Part shown: in pieces, positions 49,959 through 62,345 of the stretch
Position numbering within the stretch: the stretch's first letter is position 1
Layout: each line of letters starts with the position of its first letter
DNA from: Octopus sinensis
Taxonomy: Eukaryota
NCBI RefSeq assembly: GCF_006345805.1
Contig: NC_043011.1
Location: 50,294,464-50,358,463 of the forward strand
Length of the DNA stretch: 64,000 nt
Reading direction: 5' to 3'
The notes under the pieces: model-generated
Told to the model about the DNA's origin: nothing
The model's input: the letters and a program-made list of their open reading frames with translations, nothing else
Databases searched by the model: none
Made by a program: the position numbers and the translations under genes

Positions 49959-50918
49959 GCCGGTCTTATTTCAGCTTCCGTCCATCGAATTTACTCACAA
50001 TTCTTTGGTCGGTCCGAGGCTATAGTAGAAGACATTTGTTCAAGTTGCCCCGCAGTGCGGCTGAACGAGGAACCATGTGTTATGGAAACAAGCTCCTTAC
50101 CACAGAGCCACGCCTGTACCTATGCATGTTATATATGCGTATATTCATGTATGTATGTGTATGTGTGTGACAGTATATAATCTAAACAATCATTAGCTTA
50201 GGCAATATGTAGATGGTTAATGGTAAAGAATCGAACTCTGAACCATGCGGCTATAATATAAATCATTAACCGCACGTCCACGTCGTCACTATTTACTATG
50301 TAAGAATTTAACTCGAGACTAATATGGCAAAATCATCATTTATCTTTTTTCTTTCGTTTATTGGATTTTTCTTTATTTCGTTTTTACCTTTATTTCTCTT
50401 TGACGTATGTTTATAGATAAGAGACAGGAACCACAAAAGACTTTTCTATTTACTACAAACACGAATGAAGTTAGTTTTGAAACCAATATGACTTATGAAT
50501 TATATTTCAAACAGAAATATCTCAAAGCGTGTCTTTGAAACAAAATATATTTTCCGCATTACAGTTAGTAAATATTTCTCAATATTTTTTCAAACGTTGT
50601 TTATAAATTTGACATTTTTATAAACATATTTGTTAAACCTTCAATAGGTTTAATGCTAACAACGAAAACAAAACGACCTATGGGATAAAACCAGTCAATA
50701 GGCATAGACAAGCTTTCTCAAGATGTGGGAGTCATAGCGCACTAATAGAAATATATAAATAAATGGTAATTTTTAGTTTGGCGTGCCATTCAGAAAGTCC
50801 TGTGGGCCGCTGGTTACCCATAACTGGTAAAGATGTTGACTTCGAAAGTTTCCAATAGCGAGAAGTGCTACAAGGAGATAAATAGGTAAGCTCTGTGTGA
50901 ATAACTTGCTCTGTGTGT

Positions 50919-50955
<37 letters not shown>

Positions 50956-51296
50956 TGTGCGTGTATGTGTGTGAGTCTACCTGTCTGTCAGTCTGTCTCT
51001 CTGTATACATGTCTGTCTGTGTGAATGTGCTTGTTGCAGGACACTGACAGTTTCCAAAATGCAAAGAAGAACTTACCTGTATCAGGACACCATGCGTATA
51101 TCTCGAGTCTAGTATTAACGTAAACGTTTCATCACTGTTGCAATACGATTCCATATGATATGCATATACCCGCCGAGGTCAACTTTCTCTTTCATCCTTT
51201 CGGGGATGATAAAATAATTACCAGTACTGGGTCGATCTAATCGACCGGCTCCCTTCCCCAAAGTTTCGGGCCTTGTGCCTAGAGTAGAAAAGAATA

Positions 51297-51336
<40 letters not shown>

Positions 51337-51383
51337 ATGTATGTATGTATATATATATATATATATAATATATATATATATTA

Positions 51384-51426
<43 letters not shown>

Positions 51427-52013
51427 ATGTATCTATGTACATATATATATATATAAATATATATATATATACATATATATGTATGTATATATATATATGT
51501 ATGTAAGTATAAGAAAACATACACACATATACATACATATATATATGTTTGTATATCTGTCTATATATATATGAGTCTCTATATAAATGTGTCTATATAT
51601 GTGCGTACAGGTTTGTGTGTATGTGTTCGCTTAGATGCACATATACCGAGAAAGAAGAGAAAAAGAAACTAAGAGTGAAAGAAGAAGGGAAAGAAAGAAC
51701 GAAAGAAACAGCGAAAGGAAAAAGAGAGTAAATTATTGTAGAAACGTGTGTGATAGACATGACAAAATGGTGATTCGTCGAGTAATTTAGGATATTTTTA
51801 GTCTCTACACGGTGTCAGTCGACTAAGAAAACCGCGAAAAATGTCAAAACAGACGATATATCTTATATCTGCCCTTTCTCTCTCGCTCTCTTTCTTTATG
51901 TATATACACACGCACGCGCACACGCACACTTTTTCATCTGTCTATCAATCTCATTCTCCCTCGTTTTCCGTTTGTGAACGTATATCTGTCTCCTGCTCTC
52001 TCTCTCTCTCTTC

Positions 52014-52046
<33 letters not shown>

Positions 52047-52635
52047 TTTCTCTTTCCATCTCTCCCCCTCTCAGTCCCTCTCTCCCTCCCTCTCTCTCTC
52101 TCTGTCCCTCCCGCCGTCCGTCCCTTTCCCCCCTATCTCGCTCTTTCTTTCAATCAGCGTCTATATCTGTTACTCGGTTAATGACATTTACTGAACTCTA
52201 ACCTAACAATAAAACAAAGTACAGCAAATCTCAAGTAAATATGGAAAAAACAAAAGAAACAAAAAAAAAATAATAAAATCAACGGCGAAATAAAAAAACA
52301 AATCACTCAGATAAATATATATTCGACCGATAATTGGTGTGAAGATATACTGTCAATGATTTGTATCTGACAAGATTTACAAGCTAGTATTTTGACTGTT
52401 TGTCGGCTTAGATTTGAGATCAGTAGACACACCACTAAGAAAATGGTTAAGAACGAAAAATACCTTTCGTAATCACTTGATCCCGATTTCTGTCTGACTT
52501 ACTTGGCAACTGAGACAAATGGTTTCCATTTTGGCGTTTTGTCTATACGAAATTGGCACACCTCCACATGTGTTTATCCCACACGATTTTCTTTCCACAT
52601 GACTTTCTTAAGAATGGTTACATTAATTGAAAATT

Positions 52636-53197
52636 TTCTAAAAATACCTTTCAAATTTATATGGTATACATTATATATCACAAATCGCTGTGAAATATAT
52701 TTTCAGAAAAGGAAACAAGAGTTTTGGAATAATTCATACGAATCTTTTTTTGTTTCCTCATAACATTCAGAAACAGGGGTACTTTTTAATGAAATTTTCT
52801 ATAAATTTTCTATAGATTCTATAGATGATGTAGAATACGATTATATCGGGAGTTATTGTACAAACAGAGAAATAGTAGGTGCACACACATACATATTTAT
52901 ATATGTCACGTAGACTGTTTTTCAAAATATCTAGTTTATGGGATGTGTATATATTTCTGTGCGGTTCATCGTGTTTTTCCTCCCACATAAAATTTTGATA
53001 TAATCGTAAACCAAATACTCTGAAAGGTATTTGTAGAAAATTTCATTAAAAGTACCCATTTTTCTGAAAGTTAATAAGAAACAACCTCTATTATTGTGAA
53101 TTATCCAAAACTCCACTTTCTCTCCCTCCGAAAATATATTTCACTACAAATGTCAATATAATTGGAACCTACAAAAATTTGAACGGTATTTTTAGAA
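52636..53197. repeat. Degenerate foldback/MITE (~560 bp)
   Basis: Nested mirrored blocks: TTCTAAAAATACC..TCAAATTT / AAATTTGAA..GGTATTTTTAGAA; GTGAAATATATTTTC / GAAAATATATTTCAC; GAGTTTTGGA.TAATTCA / TGAATTATCCAAAACTC; GGGTACTTTT.AATGAAATTTTCTA / TAGAAAATTTCATTAAAAGTACCC. Confidence 0.7.
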
Positions 53198-53454
53198 ACA
53201 TTTCTTTAATTTTCTGATATTTATAAGGAAATATATACACACACATACATAAATATATATATCAAACCTAAGCTGTCATACTTAATTTGTCTATCCGCAC
53301 AATTGCCTTCATATCTTCTCCCCTGGATTTCTCTTATAGCCACTCCTTCTTCCCAAAATTAGTCTCTCCTAAAGACATCGGTCTCTAAGTCCGAATGTGT
53401 GCGTGTGTGCCTGTGTGTGTTTGTGTGTGCATGTTTGTATGTATGTATGTATTA

Positions 53455-53500
<46 letters not shown>

Positions 53501-53580
53501 CATCATCATCATTTTCATCATCATCATCATCATTTTCATCATTATCATCATCATTTTCATCATCATCATCATCATTATTA

Positions 53581-53638
<58 letters not shown>

Positions 53639-53640
53639 CA

Positions 53641-53812
53641 TTTCCCAGTTGCACGAAATTTGATTTCGTCTGACCGGGTCTCAACCTGACACCCGAGGCA
53701 CGTATGTATTCCTTGGAGAGATACTTTCCGAGAACTTAAGTGGTTGATGTCAACACAATATTTTGAGTCTCATAGACTGTTGATTTCTCAGGAATGTAAT
53801 CAAAACATTTTT
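53641..53812 (-). mobile_element. Probable 3' tip of an R4/Dong-like element ending in (AAT)n
   Basis: Minus strand ...VLGKYLS-like end, short UTR, then (ATA/GAT)n tract at 53450-53640. Confidence 0.4.
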
Positions 53813-53825
53813 CAATATTATTATT

Positions 53826-53877
<52 letters not shown>

Positions 53878-53884
53878 CTTTTCA

Positions 53885-54895
53885 TAACGAGCTTCGTTAG
53901 AACTCCTGTAGACTTGCATGCGTAGCGGACTCGCTATCTGCAGCCTACGGTACCATGCTAGTCGTTATTTTCGACTATCTCATATTTTCCTGATCATTCT
54001 GGGAGCGTCAAGAAGGCAATCCTTTTATGACAGTTCTACTGGGCAATCTATTCTAATTTCCTTTCTATTCCTCTTGATGCTTTCTGGAACTGAAGCCAAT
54101 GACCGAACAGTAATTGGCAGTATCTTCACCTTCTTCATTTTCCATAGCCGGCTACTTCATAATTAAGAGGATTGTATTAATCTATTTCCTTCGCCTTCCT
54201 TCTTAACTACTCGTGGAACATCAACCATACAGCACATGTGACGCATCTTGCCGACCATCACTAGGTCCGTTCTGTTACGCTCCGGCACTTTATCTGTTTG
54301 GATTGGGAAATCCCAGAGGGTTTTGCTAGTTTCCGACTCAACCACGCTCTGCTTTTTCTGCTTATACCAACCACGTCTTGCCTCTCTCTAGACCCCACTT
54401 TTCGCACAGTTTCCAACGTAGCACTATCGCTACTTGATCGTATTGTCACAAAGCGTAGTAGTTTTGAGCAAGTCTAAGACATCCGTTCATGATATGGGCA
54501 ATGGTTTCATCCAATCTATTATAAATACGGCACAGCAGAGACACTTGATCATTCCTAAGATTGACCCTCCAGTTCGTGGCCAAAACTTGCGCTGACAGTA
54601 TAGTGCTATCGGTCCCTTTTTTTAGTGTTCCTTTCTTCTGCTAATCCTACCTATTGTTTTCCAGCAACTTCTGTTGTGGCTGCATTGAATTGCTTGTGTA
54701 GTCCCTTGTAGCGTAATTCTTCTTCATCTCTTTTTTGTATTTCTTCCTTTGTTTTCCCTTTTTTCTCTGCTTTCAATACACCCTCATTCCTAACTGACAC
54801 TAGCAAAGTTTCCCTTCTTTGGGCTAGGTATCTCACTAAGCTCTCGAATTCGATATGCACACAGTCTTCCACACTTATCAGTCCTCTTCCTCCAT
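53885..54895 (-). pseudogene. R4/Dong-clade (RLE) non-LTR retrotransposon 3' fragment
   Basis: EDCVHIEFESL, LH(K)QF, CRI...ETIAHIMNGC (CCHC), LWDFPIQTDKV..NR(T)DLV, RLWKMKKV.ILPI; (AAC)n tail at 53825-53875. Confidence 0.8.
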
Positions 54896-55280
54896 TGCTC
54901 TCCTCGGGGTCGATAAATTAAAGTACCAGTTACGCACTGGGATCGATGTAATCGACTTAATACCTATGTCTGTCCTTGTTTGTCCCCTCTATGTTTAGCC
55001 CCTTGTGGGTAATAAAGAAATAGGTAGGAGCTTTCTTCACTACCTTTCCATCTCATTTAATATTTTGTTTGTGTGTGTGTGTGTGTGTATAAGAAAGATA
55101 GAGAGTGTGTGTGAACGCCACTTAGACATCACACTCTCTCACTCTCTCACGCGCACACACGCACACATATATACAAATGCATGTATGCATATGTATTAAT
55201 CTATGAACGTATACATGACAACACACCCCTTGACTCACTCACTTTCTTTCTCACAAACACACACACATACATAAATGTAT

Positions 55281-55662
55281 TACTCTTTTACTCTTTTACT
55301 TGTTTCAGTCATTTGACTGCGGCCATGCTGGAGCACCGCCTTTAATCGAGCAATTCGACCCCGGACTTATTCTTTTGTAAGCCCAGTACTTATTCTATCG
55401 GTCTCTTTTGTCGAACCGCTAAGTAACGGGGACATAAACACACCAGCATCGGCTGTCAAGCAATGCTAGGGGGACAAACACAGACACACAAACACACACA
55501 CATATATATATATATACATATATACGACGAGCTCCTTTCAGTTTCCGTCTACCAAATCCACTCACAAGGCTTTGGTCGGCCCGAGGCTATAGCAGAAGAC
55601 ACTTGCCCAAGGTACCACGCAGTGAGACTGAACCCGGAACCATGTGGTTGGTTAGCAAGCTA
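55281..55662 (-). mobile_element. SINE family A, head-truncated copy
   Basis: Colinear with the other copies; box A missing. Confidence 0.85.
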
Positions 55663-55953
55663 TGTTAAATTTGTGAACTTTGTAAATATTTCGTTCAGTA
55701 ATTTATCGTAGTTGTTTGCAAATAGTTAATTAAAACTTGAAATGAAAACGTTAAAATTCAGAATAAAGCTTTTTGCCGTTGCTACGTCAGTACCGGAAAT
55801 TGACATTGCGAAATCGTTTTTAAAAGAGGGAATATTTTATATAAAACACTATTAATTATTGTTAATAAAACAAATAAAATGAAGAGCCTAACATTTAATT
55901 GTCCGGGGTCAAATTATTTATGCATTACAAGTATAGAAGCAATTGGTGAAGCT

Positions 55954-56068
55954 GTTTTCGTGTGAAAAGTGACTGCACAGACATGTCTATGTAATATATT
56001 AGATATCTAAAATTTATGTGCATATGCATTTTAGAAAATCACGACTCATTTTCAAATTTTACTCAGAA
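55954..56068. repeat. Left arm of ~115-bp inverted repeat enclosing the 56-59 kb LINE
   Basis: Reverse complement of 59795-59908 with one substitution and one 1-nt indel. Confidence 0.9.
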
Positions 56069-56078
56069 TATATATATA

Positions 56079-56138
<60 letters not shown>

Positions 56139-56139
<1 letters not shown>

Positions 56140-59100
56140 GGAAAAAACACCAAATAACGCCAACTTGAAATATGTATCCTCTGACCAAGTGGCAAACCAA
56201 ACAAGTAACTCTTTTTTACTGACATACCTGGAAAATATGAAGGCCGACCTAAGCCAGGAGATCCAGCGAACCATCACCAACCATCTATGCAAATCACAAG
56301 GACCACTCACCCATTACCAACTTCCCTTACCTCGACATTCCTGTTAAATGTACGTGGCATCAACCCATCAATTATTGCCCAAAAATGGAAGATCCCATAT
56401 ATAGAGAGTTGGCTTGCCGAAATGGCACATTGCTTCCCTTTCTTTATCCTTACCGAGACTCACCTGAACAACACCCATATGGACGCAGAGGTGAAAATAA
56501 AAGATTTCACCATTGTTCGTGCGGATCGCACAGACCGAAATAAGGGAGGGACAGCCATCTTTATCCATGACTCCTTTTCACTTGATGCCCAGGACACATT
56601 TTCCAATGGCTACTGTGAATCGGTATCAGTATACAACAAAGCAAGGACATAACATTGTTGGTCTTTACAGGCCTCCCCAGGCACCTCTAAAGTACTTTGA
56701 AGAGTGCCTTAGCAAAGTCAAGTCCTTCCTTCGGAAGTACCACTCCGGAAACATAATAGTGATGGGTGATTTTAACCTCCCTCATGTGAACTGGCCCACA
56801 AATACTCCGAAGTTAGGCAAGTGCTCTACATCAGATAGGGCAGCAGCAGAACTGCTCTTTAATCTGATGGATGAGTATTTCCTGACTCAGCTAGTGCTTG
56901 AACCAACGAGACAGAATAAAACGATCTTGGATCTGGTACTGACCAATCACTCTAGCTACGTTCACAGCATTTCAGTCGAAAAAACTCTCCTCTCAGACCA
57001 CGACATGGTACTCTGCAATCTTAATTCCCGACGTATAAAAACCAAACCAGCCAATCCCACTCCATGGCACCCATTTGACAACATAAATTTCCACAAAGCG
57101 GACTGGGGAACAATCAGAAAGGATCTGTCTTCCATCGACTGGTCTTTTACTCTCAATTCCCCTCATATTGAGACCGCGTGGCAGCACTTTGAAACCATTG
57201 TCACCGACACATGCTCTAAACACGCTCCCAAGAAATCTACTAACACAAACAGAAACCGGCTCCCTAAAAAGAAAAAAACACTCATCAGGCGCATCAAAAG
57301 ACTCAACAAAAAAATCAACCAATTAAAATATTCCCACACGCAACATCCACATTCAACAACAATGAAAAGACTAGAGCTGGAAAAACTTCATCTGCAGACT
57401 AACATGAAAACCTCCATTGAAAATCAAAGAGCTGTGGAGGAACAATGGGTAATCAAAAACATCAAACAGAACCCAAAAGTGTTCTATTCTTATGCAAATA
57501 AGCATAGAACCACTGTCTCACCTATTGGGCCATTGATTGATGAAAACGGCATTCCCCAACACGATGCTAAAGAAATGGCAGAAATACTGCAGAAACAATA
57601 TTGCTCTGTCTTCAGTGTTCCCACTGATATTGATGTGAGGGAAACGAACGAAGCTGACTCCCAACACAAAATCGCAGACATAACCTTCACTGCCACCGAC
57701 ATCGTAGCAACAATAAATGAGGTCAAACATTACTCCGCTGTAGGCCCTGATAGATTTCCCGCCAGTCTCCTGAAGGAATGCAGATATCAACTTGCAGTCC
57801 CTCTGACCAACCTCTCGAGAAACTCGTTAGACGCAGGTTATATACCGAATAAGTTTCTATCCCAGTCGGTCATCCCGGTTTTCAAACAGGGAAACAGATC
57901 CCTCGCAGTCAACTATCGCCCAATCTCACTCACCTCCCACATCATTAAAGTGTTTGAAAGAGTGTTAAGATCAAGGATAGCTGACTTCCTGAGACCCACA
58001 AACTCCTAAATTCAAATCAACATGGCTTTCGCTGTGGCAGGGACTGTCTAACACAGCTCTTACACCACATTGAAGATGTACTCAAAGCCTTGGGAACAGG
58101 TTCGAACTCTGACGTCATATACCTTGACTTCAGTAAAGCGTTCGACAGGGTAGACCATAACATCCTACTCTCAAAATTGGCAAATGTTGGAATCCGTGGA
58201 AAAGTTCTACACTGGATTCAGTATTTCCTAGCGAATAGAACACAACATGTTGTAGTTGATGGAGTCCACTCAAACCCAGCAAAAGTCACCAGCGGTGTTC
58301 CCCAGGGAACTGTTTTAGGTCCGCTACTCTTCATAATTTATGTAAACGACCTTTCCAGTGTCGTACATCACTGCAAAGTGAAAATATCGCTGATGACACT
58401 AAGCTCCAGCAAATCGTCAATGAAGAAGCAGACCGAACTCAACTCCAGTCTGACCTATATGCTGTGAGTCAATGGGCAGACAGAAACAAAATGCAACTGA
58501 ATGAGGGAAAATTTGAGCTGATGCATTTTGGAAGAAATTCCTCACTAAAACAACCATACTCTCTTCCTTCAGGGGAACCGCTCACAGCCTCTAACAATAT
58601 CAGAGACCTGGGTGTAATTGTTGATGACGATCTCAGTTGGAGTGCACACATCAACAAGAAGGTCGATACAGCTCGTAGGATGAGTTCCTGGATCTTAAGA
58701 ACTTTCCGGTCCAGAGAACAAGGTGTCATCATACCACTTTTTCATCCTTTGTACGGCCACACCTTGAATACTGCTGCCCACTGTGGTCTCCTCACACAGA
58801 CAAAACATCTCCAGAATTGAGTCACCCCAGAGGGCTCTCACTAACAAATTGAAGGCATGGCTGCTCTCGACTATTGGGATCGCCTTAAAGCCTTGAAACT
58901 TTACTCCCTCAAGCGTCGCCGTGAGCGGTACATCATTTGTACGATGTGGAAAATATACCGCCAACTTTGCCCAAACGACCTAAACATTAGTTTCAAGGTT
59001 CATCCGAGACTTGGACCACGGGCTATACGTCCCCTGCCAATTCAAGATCACAACATACATGTACACTGCAACATAATTTCTTTTCCTCAACAGGCCCTGC

Positions 59101-59400
59101 CCTATTTAACATTGTCCCGAGGGAGATCAAAGAGGAAAGGATCCCATCAACTTCAAACAGAGTCTGGATAGATTCCTTCAAAGAATACCAGACAAGCCAC
59201 TCATAATTGGATACAACTCACCCAACAAGAACTCACTACTTGAACAAAACTGGATACAACTCACCCAACAAGAACTCACTACTTGAACAAAACTTGACTT
59301 AAACAGGATTCGAATAATCCTATCAGGTGGTGCTATTAAGTTAGACATGGCCTGGACCAATCTCTGGTCGAAACATATCTAAGTTTATCTAAGTCTAAGT
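56139..59400 (+). mobile_element. CR1/L2-group LINE: ORF1 remnant plus nearly complete frameshifted ORF2 and 3' end
   Basis: LLNVRGI, LTETHL, KGGTAIFI, GLYRPP, MGDFNLPHVNW, LDLVLTN, SDHD, GPDRFP, YRPISLTS, QHGF, LDFSKAFDRVDH, GVPQGTVLGPLLF, ADDTK, RDLGV; tail (ATCTAAGTTT)n; about five frameshifts. Confidence 0.92.
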
Positions 59401-59401
59401 T

Positions 59402-59458
<57 letters not shown>

Positions 59459-59519
59459 TGATAGATAGATAGAAATATATAGATATAGATAGATACATAC
59501 ATACATACATACATAATAC

Positions 59520-59603
<84 letters not shown>

Positions 59604-59604
59604 G

Positions 59605-59654
<50 letters not shown>

Positions 59655-59728
59655 TGCATGTGCTTATATGAGTATAGGTATGAGTATAGATATGACGAAA
59701 TATACATACATAAGTACACATATGTACT

Positions 59729-59794
<66 letters not shown>

Positions 59795-59797
<3 letters not shown>

Positions 59798-59908
59798 TGA
59801 GTAAAATTTGAAAATGAGTCGTGATTTTCTAAAATGCATATACACATAAATTTTAGATTCTAATATATTACATAGACATGTCTGTGCAGTCACTTTTCAC
59901 ACGAAAAC
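59795..59908. repeat. Right arm of the ~115-bp inverted repeat
   Basis: See 55954-56068; ends at a SINE A insertion. Confidence 0.9.
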
Positions 59909-59910
59909 AT

Positions 59911-60338
59911 AGGCGCAGGAGTGGCTGTGTGGTAAGTAGCTTGCTAACCAACCACATGGTTCCGGGTTCAGTCCCACTGCGTGGCACCTTGGGCAAGTGT
60001 CTTCTGCTATAGCCCCGGGCCAACCAATGCCTTGTGAGTGGATTTGGTAGACGGAAACTGAAAGAAGCCTGTCGTATATATGTATATATATATAAGTGTG
60101 TGTGTATATGTTTGTGTGTCTGTGTTTGTCCCCCTAGCATTGCTTGACAACTGATGCTGGTGTGTTTACGTCCCCGTCACTTAGCGGTTCGGCAAAAAGA
60201 GACCGATAGAATAAGTACTAGGCTTACAAAGAATAAGTCCCGGGGTCGATTTGCTCGACTAAAGGCGAGGCTCCAGCATGGCCGCAGTCAAATGACTGAA
60301 ACAAGTAAAAGAGTAAAAGAGTAAAGAGTAAAAGAGTA
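59911..60338 (+). mobile_element. SINE family A, full reference copy
   Basis: GGCGCAGGAGTGGCTGTGTGG...GGTTCAGTCCC head, TTGGGCAAGTG block, internal microsatellite, (GTAAAAGA)n tail. Further partial copies near 19010-19160, 19980-20150, 20430-20600, 23480-23690, 29540-30060, 43950-44110, 46290-46500, 47840-47950, 48720-48930, 49950-50120. Confidence 0.9.
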
Positions 60339-60990
60339 TATGTACGCACATGCATATGTATATATATTATAATATATATATATACTCATACAAACGCATG
60401 TATATCTACCTATCTACCGATCAATCTACCTTTTTCTCTCCCTCTCTTTTTCTCCTTTTCTCTCTCTCTCTTTCTTTCTTTCTGCATATATATATGTGTG
60501 TGTGTGTGTCTCTCTGTGTGTGTGTGTGTGTGTGAACACACACCTATGAAGCCTTCGGAAGACAGGTGGTGGTACTAAGCAGCGCATACTTTTACAGTTT
60601 ATCGCCATAATAGGCAACAAACATGAAATGAAATTGTCAAGAAGGAAAAAAAAAGACAATGATTTATTTCATCAGCAGATAAGGTGCTATTTGTTGGAGA
60701 TATATCTTTATAAAATTCCTTCAGAGACTTAATACAACTCGCTTTGTTATCTTCTATATTCTTCTATTAAAAACAACACGGAACAATAGAAAGGAAATTT
60801 GCGTGTTTATTATTTTTAACCACACGAGACCATATGGCATTTAAATATAAGGATAGTGAAGGTGGGTGAATAAGAGGAAATAATATTAAGAGATATTACT
60901 GGGAATGAAGTTCAAACTTCCCAAAGACATTTGTCAGTCGGGACAAAAACAGCTAATAATAATAATAATAATTATTATTATTATTATTAT

Positions 60991-61092
<102 letters not shown>

Positions 61093-61379
61093 CAGCAGTA
61101 GTTTTTTCTTCCTTCATTTTTGCTGAGTGTGTTCTCGACACCTAGGGCAAAGAAACTCACTGTAGGAGATTCCTAGGTCATTAAAATAAACACACCAGAT
61201 TGTTCATTTACAAGCCAGGCTATGTGGTAGAATAACAAAGCAAGAAAACGCTGAGAAAAGAAAGAGAAAGAGAAGGAAAAATGAAAACAAAGAGAAAAGA
61301 GAAGAAAAGGAAGAAAAGAAAAGGAAATTCACGGCAGCAACGCTCTTCTCAATACGTGTGACGTACGAGTTAAAACAAT

Positions 61380-62345
61380 CTTTTTCCTTCCTTGCATAGA
61401 TGGCGAGCAGGGATCGTTCTCAAATAATTTTCAGTTCCTTGTTTGATCATTTCAAGTGCTCTTACAGACATTGGTATTGCAGCCTTCTTGAGCTACCACG
61501 TCTTTTCGATTTCAATTCTTTCAAATCTTTTCGATTTCCGGTTGTCCGAAAAGTTCGTGCCGATTTATAGTAGCTTACCTTTCGACTTATTTTAGAACAT
61601 CGTTGAGTCCATAAAATAGGATTTGACTACACCTCCATTTAGAGCACAGTTTAAGCTATCTTTTCGTGGAAGAAGATTTATGTTCCTATAACCTGTGTTA
61701 ATTCTGTAACCCTTTAAAATGGAAGATAAGAAAGTTCATTTTCGGCACTTGATGCTTTTGGAAAAAGACAAAAGTTGCTGCAGCTCGACTGGGATGTGCT
61801 ACCCCACTCTCCATATTCCCCAGATATTGCACCTTCGGATTTCCACTTATTCGGGTCTCTGCAGAATAGCCTTAATGGTAAAAATTTCAATTCCTTGGAT
61901 GACGTAAAAAGATACCTAGATGAATTCGTTGCCATGAAACCAGCTTAATTCTGGGAAGAGGATATTTTCAAGTTAAAGGAAAAACGGAGACGCATTGTGC
62001 AACAAAATGGTTCACATTTGTTTGATTAAAAATGTAATGGCAAGTATTTATTCCCCTTTACTTTCCTTTAAAAATCGGCACGAACTTTCTGGACAACCCA
62101 ATATTTTCTAAGCTTGTCAAATTCTTTTGCCGAGATATTATGATCACAAGGAATGTTCATATTACTCAATAAACAGACTTTAACGTTTCGATGTTTCACA
62201 AGAATATCCGGTTTGTTAACTTTGATGGTCTCGTCCGCATGTACTGGAATGTCCCAAAAGCGTTACTTTTTCTCCTTCAGTTACATCCTCAGGACGATGC
62301 TGGTACCATTTGTCAACAGTTGTGATTTTATAATGCTGATATATT
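61380..62345 (-). pseudogene. R4/Dong-like RLE fragment interrupted by a mariner
   Basis: 62345-62104 reads KWYQHRPEDV...WDIPVHADETIKVNKPDILVK...CDHNISAKEFDKLRKY; 61530-61380 continues EIEKTW.LK...IP..VRAL.MIK.GT. Confidence 0.8.
61539..62103 (+). mobile_element. Internally deleted mariner
   Basis: TIR core GGTTGTCC..AAAGTTCGTGCCGATTT at both ends; MEDKKVHFRHLML fused to LLQLDWDVLPHSPYSPDIAPSDFHLF...IVQQNG. Confidence 0.88.
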
